DNA of 42,231 bases from Pseudomonadota bacterium (lineage in GTDB: Bacteria; UBA10199; 2-02-FULL-44-16; DYJF01): assembly GCA_043823065.1 (NCBI GenBank), contig JBDRBB010000004.1, forward strand, positions 1 to 42,231. The letters are read 5' to 3'. Below are positions 35,845-42,231 of this stretch, piece by piece (the stretch's first letter is position 1; each line of letters opens with the position of its first letter). A program made the position numbers and the translations under genes. The notes beneath the pieces are model-generated. The model was not told the DNA's origin. It made no database searches and worked only from the letters and a program-made list of their open reading frames with translations.

Positions 35845-36150
35845 ATGATTGACATCACTCATGATTATTTGAAGATCGTTCTTGCCGTTCTTGTTCAATA
35901 TGCACCAAAGTATGAGGTCTGGGCTTTTGGTTCACGCGTTGGCGGTAAAACAAAAAAACATGCAGACCTAGACCTGGTAATCAAGACTGATTTGCCGGTG
36001 CCAGATGGAATAATGGCCAACTTACGCGAGGCCTTTTCCGAATCCAACCTTCCCTTTAAGGTGGATGTTGTGGACTGGTCGAAGATCAGTAAAAATTTTC
36101 AAAAGATCATCAAGGAAAAATTTGAGGTCATTCAGAAGTGTGAGCCATAA
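35845..36150 (+). CDS. Minimal nucleotidyltransferase (MNT), putative antitoxin
   Basis: WAFGSR.......ADLDLVI and LPFKVDVVDW; 2 nt downstream of the HEPN gene. Confidence 0.9.
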   Translation: MIDITHDYLKIVLAVLVQYAPKYEVWAFGSRVGGKTKKHADLDLVIKTDLPVPDGIMANLREAFSESNLPFKVDVVDWSKISKNFQKIIKEKFEVIQKCEP

Positions 36151-39100
36151 TCTCTGGCAATTGGGCCATTAAACCTAGAACATCTTGTTCGGTGACTGTT
36201 CTTAGCTGTGGGAAAGGAGTTTGCTGGCCAACATAACTTTGAATTTGATGCATCCACCAACTTGGATCATGCATGGTTTCACTACCACGCTCTATCAGGC
36301 GAGCTTCACCTCTGACTAAAGCCTCAAAACCTTCTGGAGTCCTCCAATGCCACTGCACAAATCTATTTATTGGTTGTAGATTATCATCATAACCCACTTC
36401 ATCTGCTGAACCCATGATAACTAGATCTAGTAACAAAAATGCAGAATGCATGCGCACTCTTTCTTCATCTGATGCTTGCTGCCACCAAGCTTGCATATCA
36501 TCTGCAATTATATTTAGTGGATTATCTAAGTCTGTTTGTCCTTCGACAAGCTCAGGACGAACGGGAGAGTATGTTTCTCCTGGGTCTGCTATTATATCCG
36601 TTCGTGCTGAGCCTGTCGAAGCAGGAACTTCTACTATATTTTCATCATCTTCATCTGTATCCTCAGTTTCTTCTGCTACGGGTTCGGTGCGTACTCCATC
36701 TTCGTTTTCCACTCGTCTTAAATTCAGATCAGCTAAGACTTCTTCAGAAGCATGGGCATAAGATGTTTTAACTGGAATTGCTTGCCACCTACCTGGCTCG
36801 CCTGTTCTGGGTACTACCACTATGCTCACGGCATGACCTGCACTAGTTAACCCTCTGCCTTGTTGGGCTACTAGCCCGCTAAACCTGGCTGTGGGAATAC
36901 CGGCCATTCTCAGCAAGGTCATGGTTACTTCAGTTAATTCAGCACAAACACCATGTCGCATTGGATTTCCATATATCATGGCCAAATATTCTTGGCCCTT
37001 GCCTTGTCTAGCCGCACTTATTTGCCTTACTCTATCTAACAAAGTACGTTCTACGCTGTTGTTTAAGTACTGGTATCTAAATCTGCTTAATACATATCTT
37101 TGAATTACTGAGATTGCTTCTTGCACTGGCAGATTTTCCACGCTTTTCACAACTTCATTAATCTCATTTTGAATATACTGCGGCAGGCTATGAATTGGCA
37201 CTGCATCAGTGAGCACGCTGTATTGCTCGCCATAAATTTCTTCTCCTTGCTCTCTTAAATCAGCCACGGTCATTTCTAAAACAGGTGATTCAACTGGAGC
37301 TGAAGGCACAGAATAATCAATATAATACATAGAAAAATCTACTGATCGAAAATCTAAGGGTATTGGTGTTGAACCTGAAACATTGCCATTTAGCGGCACT
37401 GGTGTTGTTTGCTCGTCAAAACCCACATATTTGGTCAACCATCCTCGCACTGTTAAGCCATCTCCCATACCTAAGAAATGTTCTAAGGATAATTCAGGAG
37501 CAACATCATAACCTAAGGTTGCTGGATTTCTGGCACTAGTAACAGATGTGGCAAAATACTCGGCTCCATTAACTAATAACTCTGGATGAGCAAAGGTCAT
37601 CAGTAATTGATGGTTCGAATCAGGCCTATCTGCGCCAGAATTAAAAGGAGTTATATTTTGTTCATCACGCACCACACTATCTGGACTTGGCCCGAATGGT
37701 CTAGGCGGAGAATTTCTTTGCTCAGCAATGCGCGCATTTCTTCTTTCCACAAATTTACGTAAACTTGAATCAGACGGGCCCCAAAACATTGCTTCTATAT
37801 CCTGCGGCAGGCCAAAGATTGGCCCAGAAAGTTCATTTGTTTCTAAAGAAAGATTGGCGATTGTTTGTCTAATATTTTCAATCTCTGCGTCTGTTCTTAT
37901 TGATGCAGAGAGCGCCAAATTCAGGCCCACTCTCTGCATTTCCGATCTCAATAAATCAAACACAAAGGTCCAACCCATCATTTGCGCGGTGTGCACCAGA
38001 TCAGCCAAGTGTTGAAGATCACCTTCAACACTTTGATCCAGAGCATCTTGGAAAAGCTCTACAATTTCGCGCGGGGGTTCGGTTTCAACAATAGCCACTG
38101 AATGATCAATTCTGTTTCCATCAATTTCAATGTGCGGTGCCTCTCCATAATCCCGGCTGGAGCGCGGCCTCAAAAGTTCCATCATAATCCTGCCTGGCAA
38201 ATCACTACTACTGCTTACATCATTTATAGGTACTGCCACTCCATGATTATCATTTAGAAAAGCGCGAATCGCAGCTTGGAATTCTTCTGCTCTGGCTTGC
38301 TGCACTTCTGCTTCAACTCGTGGTGGAACTCGAAAATGATGATTACCAAAATCAACTATGGTAGAGGGCAAGTTAGCTGTATCGCCCATTTGTACTGGAA
38401 CAACTGTGATACCCCTAGCTCTTAAACCAGCTAAAGCGCGGCCTACTTCTGCCAAATCCTCTGCTGATTCTTGATAAAAATTAGCAACTAGAAAAACTCT
38501 GGAACCACTGGATAGATTTTGAGCCCTAATTCCTTGCACCATTTCTAAGACTGAAGTTTCAGAGCTTGAGCAAGCATTGCCAAGCACTGCCTCTATAACT
38601 CCACCCACATTTCTGGTTTGCTGGGGATTAATTTGGCGATTACCAACTACAACGCGCACTGGATCGCGGTTATTAATCGTGTCTTGGGCAAAAGTTCCGG
38701 CAGTTAAGGCCAAGTTTTGATAACCACCTACATAGGCATTAGGAGCAATTGCAACGTAGGTTGGCAAACGCTGGGGTTCAGAAAAAACTCTAACCACTAC
38801 AGTTCCATCATAGCTAGCGCCCATTGTTTCTTGGCGATTGCTAGTTGCAACCCAATCTATCATGCGCGAATCTGAAACTTCATCAGCTCTGACCACTCTG
38901 ATATCAACAATATCTTCTCCCCAACCTAGACCAGGGCGTCTGCTATTGTGCACACCTCCATTACCCCAGGCCCTGGAAACTCCGCGCGTGCGTTCTCTAT
39001 GTCTGGCTACGCTTACACTAACTTCATGCGCCAACCTGGCTGCTTCGTTTGGCACATCTTCGCCTAAGTGATCTAGGTAACTGTTAAGCAGGGCAATTTG

Positions 39101-42100
39101 AACCAGGCGTCTCAAGTTATAATCATCTGCTAATGTTAATATTTCTGGAACATTAAATTGCGCCAAATAATTTATCATTTTTTGACGAAATCCAGAGGTG
39201 TCATCAGCATCCCATAGAGCATCTATTATTCCGTCTCGTGCATGCTCACCGCCAATTTGTATTACAGCTTCAACCCTCATTGAAAAATCGGCACCATCAC
39301 CAAGTATAACTGGCACAGCTCGATCATCGCCTATCTGCCCCAATGCACCTATGAGATAAGTTATAGCTACTACATCCGGGTTCTCTCTTCTTGTTTGCCT
39401 TTGTTGTAATTCTCTAATTAGATGAGAAACTGCGCGTTGGTCGCCAATGTGGCCTAGCAGCTCTATAGCGCTCCTTCGTGTCTGTTCTGAATCAACGCCT
39501 CCTGGATTATGCACCATTTCAATAAGCCCAGGCACATGGCGCGTGTCCACAAAATCTTCCATTATACTTGCTGAACTATCTCCATCAATAAGTCTTTGTA
39601 TTCCGCGTATATCACCCAAACTAGCAATAGCTTTTAAGATATTATCATGAAGGCCAGGCAACATCGGTTGATCTGCAAAGATGTATAGAGCATTAGCTAG
39701 TTCAGGATCTGATATTCTACTAGATGCCTCTCTGTTGGAATTTATTTCAGCAATTACCTGGCATAATAAGTTTATTTCTATTGGTTCAGAATTTGCACCT
39801 GTTTCAGCAGCAAGAGCTTGCCTTAACAATGAAACAGTACGTTCATAAACTTGATCTGTACCAATTTGGCCTAAGGCACGAATAGCAAAGTGTCTATAAT
39901 CTCTATCACTAATAAGACTTTCCAAAACAGGAACAGCTCTAGCATCTCCCAAACGGCCCAAGGCAATTATTGCTTTAGCTCGAATAGAAAATCTTATTTG
40001 ACTAGGATCATTCAAGATAGAGATCAGTATTGGCACAGCCCGCCTATCACCTAGTTCACCTAATGCTTTCAGCGTACATTCACGAATAGTTTCTATTTCA
40101 TCAACATTGTTTACAACATCCAGTAATATTTCAAGGCCACTATTATTGCCAGCTTCAGCTAATAAAACCGCAGCTTGCCACTGAACTTCGCTATCTGAGT
40201 CTGCTAAAAATCTAGTTAATAATTCTATTGCTGTAGGGCCACCAACTTGACCTAAAATTATAACAACTGAGTGCCTGGTATCTGCGTCTTGTAATTGGCT
40301 TCTTTCATATAATTGTCTTAATAATACCTCTGAATGATCAGCCTGCCTCAAGCAATCTGCATAAATATTTATGACTGCAGTTCCACTGGGCGTATGAGTT
40401 AAGATATAGTTTATTACAGTTTCTTGGGCCCTGTTGCCGCCCAGACGAGCCAATGCGCCAAGCGCTTCGTATCTGATTTGCGGGTCAGCGCATTCTAAGG
40501 CGCTAATTAAGACATCTATTGCTTGCTCAGAACCAGAATGGCCAAGCGCTTCTATTAATTCAATGGCAGCTGTTTGATTGGATTCAGTATCTAAGGCTCT
40601 AAGCAAAGTATTTAAAGAGTTAATCACAGATTCAATAGCATTGGGGTGACCAAGCCTGGCTTGCAATAGCATTTCTTGAAGATCGCTACTAACTTGGGCA
40701 GAGGTTAAACCCAGACCAGTGGCTACTGCTTCTAAAGCAGCCTGCGCGCGGGGAGTTAAATGCAAATGGGATAGATCAAGTGTTATCTGAGGCTCTGGTT
40801 CTTGCTGCTCCTGCCGAGGAATATCAGCTATTTGTCTTTGTGCCAAGGCCTGGGCTGCTGCTTTGCGCACTTCATATTTATCATCTCTGGACATCTCTAA
40901 CAAACACCTGGTTATTTCTTCTCCTTCACGTGTACTTAAAGCTATGGCTGCTGTTTTGTATACAGACCATTTATCATCCTTCAAAAGCTCCAAGAGACGC
41001 GCTGTCACTTCTTCCCCTTGTCGTGGACCCAAAGCCTGGGCTGCTGCTTCGCGCACATCACTACTGTCATCATCTCTGGACATTTCCAACAAACGCCTAG
41101 TTATTTCTGGCCCTTCTCTTCCTGCCAAGGCCTCGGCTGCTGCTTCGCGCACACCAGGGTCATCATCTCTGGACATTTCCAACAAACGCCTAGTTATTTC
41201 TCGCCCTTCTCTTCCTGCCAAGGCCTCGGCTGCTGCTGCGCGCACCCTACCCCTGTCATCATCTCTGGACATTTCCAACAAACGCGTAGTTATTTCTGGC
41301 CCTTCTCTTCCTGCCAAGGCCCGGGCTGCTGCTTTGCGCACTTCATCTTTATCATCTCTGGACATTTCCAACAAACGCGTAGTTACACCTTCCCCTTCTC
41401 TGTTTGCCAAGGCCAGGGCTGCTGCTTCGCGCACTTCATATTTATCATCTCTGGACATTTCCAACAAACGCGTAGTTATTTCTGGCCCTTCTTTTCCTGC
41501 CAAGGCCAGGGCTACTGTTGCGCGCACATCAGGGTCATCATCTCTGGACATTTCCAACAAACGCGTAGTTATTTCTGGCCCTTCTCTGTTTGCCAAGGCC
41601 TCGGCTGCTGCTTCGCGCACACTACCCCTGTCATCATCTCTGGACATTTCCAAGAAACGCCTAGTTATTTCTGGCCCTTCTCTGTTTGCCAAGGCCAGGG
41701 CTGCTACTCTACGCGCACTAACACTGTCATCATCTCTGGACATTTCCAACAAACGCGTAGTTATTTCTGGCCCTTCTCTGTTTGCCAAGGCCTCGGCTGC
41801 TGCTGCGCGCACAATAACATTGTCATCATCTCTGGACATTTCCAACAAACGCTTAGTTATTTCTGGCCCTTCTCTGTTTGCCAAGGCCAGGGCTGCTGCG
41901 CGCACAGTACCCCAGTCATCATCTCTGGACATTTCCAACAAACGCCTAGTTATTTCTGGCCCTTCTCTTCCTGCCAAGGCCCGGGCTGCTGCTGCGCGCA
42001 CATAAAATTCATCATCTCTGGACATTTCCAACAAACGCGTAGTTATTTCTGGCCCTTCTCTGTTTTCCAAGGCCTCGGCTGCTGCTTCGTGCACACCAGG

Positions 42101-42211
42101 GTCATCATCTCTGGACATTTCCAACAAACGCCTAGTTATTTCTGTTGCATCTAGTCTGGCTTCATTATTGGAGTTATTTTCTCCATTTCCAGACACTGCT
42201 CCAATCGCCAT
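36128..42211 (-). CDS. Giant HEAT-repeat protein with DUF58/vWA-like and transglutaminase-like domains
   Basis: 14 near-identical HEAT repeats and further degenerate PBS-lyase-type HEAT repeats (ALG.LGD.RAVP.L). DUF58-like R.IDWVATS near aa 1118; GVC...LLRMAGIP...GHA at aa 1754-1794. The frame stays open to the window edge, so the start could be further upstream. Confidence 0.85.
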   Translation of the reverse strand: MAIGAVSGNGENNSNNEARLDATEITRRLLEMSRDDDPGVHEAAAEALENREGPEITTRLLEMSRDDEFYVRAAAARALAGREGPEITRRLLEMSRDDDWGTVRAAALALANREGPEITKRLLEMSRDDDNVIVRAAAAEALANREGPEITTRLLEMSRDDDSVSARRVAALALANREGPEITRRFLEMSRDDDRGSVREAAAEALANREGPEITTRLLEMSRDDDPDVRATVALALAGKEGPEITTRLLEMSRDDKYEVREAAALALANREGEGVTTRLLEMSRDDKDEVRKAAARALAGREGPEITTRLLEMSRDDDRGRVRAAAAEALAGREGREITRRLLEMSRDDDPGVREAAAEALAGREGPEITRRLLEMSRDDDSSDVREAAAQALGPRQGEEVTARLLELLKDDKWSVYKTAAIALSTREGEEITRCLLEMSRDDKYEVRKAAAQALAQRQIADIPRQEQQEPEPQITLDLSHLHLTPRAQAALEAVATGLGLTSAQVSSDLQEMLLQARLGHPNAIESVINSLNTLLRALDTESNQTAAIELIEALGHSGSEQAIDVLISALECADPQIRYEALGALARLGGNRAQETVINYILTHTPSGTAVINIYADCLRQADHSEVLLRQLYERSQLQDADTRHSVVIILGQVGGPTAIELLTRFLADSDSEVQWQAAVLLAEAGNNSGLEILLDVVNNVDEIETIRECTLKALGELGDRRAVPILISILNDPSQIRFSIRAKAIIALGRLGDARAVPVLESLISDRDYRHFAIRALGQIGTDQVYERTVSLLRQALAAETGANSEPIEINLLCQVIAEINSNREASSRISDPELANALYIFADQPMLPGLHDNILKAIASLGDIRGIQRLIDGDSSASIMEDFVDTRHVPGLIEMVHNPGGVDSEQTRRSAIELLGHIGDQRAVSHLIRELQQRQTRRENPDVVAITYLIGALGQIGDDRAVPVILGDGADFSMRVEAVIQIGGEHARDGIIDALWDADDTSGFRQKMINYLAQFNVPEILTLADDYNLRRLVQIALLNSYLDHLGEDVPNEAARLAHEVSVSVARHRERTRGVSRAWGNGGVHNSRRPGLGWGEDIVDIRVVRADEVSDSRMIDWVATSNRQETMGASYDGTVVVRVFSEPQRLPTYVAIAPNAYVGGYQNLALTAGTFAQDTINNRDPVRVVVGNRQINPQQTRNVGGVIEAVLGNACSSSETSVLEMVQGIRAQNLSSGSRVFLVANFYQESAEDLAEVGRALAGLRARGITVVPVQMGDTANLPSTIVDFGNHHFRVPPRVEAEVQQARAEEFQAAIRAFLNDNHGVAVPINDVSSSSDLPGRIMMELLRPRSSRDYGEAPHIEIDGNRIDHSVAIVETEPPREIVELFQDALDQSVEGDLQHLADLVHTAQMMGWTFVFDLLRSEMQRVGLNLALSASIRTDAEIENIRQTIANLSLETNELSGPIFGLPQDIEAMFWGPSDSSLRKFVERRNARIAEQRNSPPRPFGPSPDSVVRDEQNITPFNSGADRPDSNHQLLMTFAHPELLVNGAEYFATSVTSARNPATLGYDVAPELSLEHFLGMGDGLTVRGWLTKYVGFDEQTTPVPLNGNVSGSTPIPLDFRSVDFSMYYIDYSVPSAPVESPVLEMTVADLREQGEEIYGEQYSVLTDAVPIHSLPQYIQNEINEVVKSVENLPVQEAISVIQRYVLSRFRYQYLNNSVERTLLDRVRQISAARQGKGQEYLAMIYGNPMRHGVCAELTEVTMTLLRMAGIPTARFSGLVAQQGRGLTSAGHAVSIVVVPRTGEPGRWQAIPVKTSYAHASEEVLADLNLRRVENEDGVRTEPVAEETEDTDEDDENIVEVPASTGSARTDIIADPGETYSPVRPELVEGQTDLDNPLNIIADDMQAWWQQASDEERVRMHSAFLLLDLVIMGSADEVGYDDNLQPINRFVQWHWRTPEGFEALVRGEARLIERGSETMHDPSWWMHQIQSYVGQQTPFPQLRTVTEQDVLGLMAQLPEIMAHTSE
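36541..36621. repeat. Palindromic element family D (CTTCGACAAGCTCAGGACGAACGG...CCGTTCGTGCTGAGCCTGTCGAAG), in-frame inside the giant gene
   Basis: 24-bp arms at 36541-36564 and 36598-36621 are 22/24 complementary. Confidence 0.82.
40832..42142 (-). repeat. Coding tandem repeat, 14 units of 93 or 96 bp (last one partial)
   Basis: Recurrent plus-strand core TCATCTCTGGACATTTCCAACAAACGC.TAGTTATTTCTGGCCCTTCT; protein unit EITxRLLEMSRDDxxx(x)VRxAAAxALAxREGP. Confidence 0.97.
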
Positions 42212-42231
42212 GGGCAGCGCGGTTATCCCAG

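Noticed and set aside
40832..42142. CRISPR-like alternation of constant and variable DNA
   Set aside because: Units are multiples of 3 within one ORF, the variable parts are homologous to each other, and there are no cas genes. It is a coding repeat.
40863..42154. Long plus-strand ORFs (380 and 378 aa)
   Set aside because: Antisense shadows that stay open because one stop-free unit is repeated; no plausible protein features.
36128..42211. Diversity-generating retroelement as the source of repeat variation
   Set aside because: No reverse transcriptase, Avd or separate non-coding template repeat in the window; cannot be excluded elsewhere in the genome.
1..42231. tRNA, rRNA, IS transposase or cas genes
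   Set aside because: None recognised; intergenic spaces are short and largely explained by repeats, promoters or terminators.

Overview
AT-rich bacterial chromosomal segment from a diderm organism; the gene content looks deltaproteobacterial-like, which is an inference. Almost all genes are on the minus strand. 1-16.7 kb is housekeeping: rpoH, pyrC, pyrB, pyrR, lepB, a SPOR protein, argS, an M16 peptidase pair, agmatinase plus pyruvoyl-dependent arginine decarboxylase, larB, rluB, scpB, scpA, trpS and a site-2 protease. It also holds an unannotated 35-aa lysine-rich microprotein gene with its own promoter, SD and terminator. 16.7-33.5 kb is a non-canonical Pel exopolysaccharide cluster: pelG, pelF, an extra HEAT protein, pelE, pelD, a receiver, pelB, PelA split into separate deacetylase and hydrolase genes, an extra glycoside-hydrolase-like lipoprotein, a second receiver and an Hpt gene. 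No pelC is present. After it come xerD, an EI24/CysZ-like gene, a HEPN-MNT pair and a giant (at least 2027 aa) protein. That protein has 14 HEAT repeats nearly identical at DNA level but with hypervariable surface positions, fused to DUF58-like and transglutaminase-like domains. At least four families of short palindromic repeats are scattered through the window, and two copies lie in-frame inside protein-coding genes. All family assignments come from motif recognition by eye; no database search was run.
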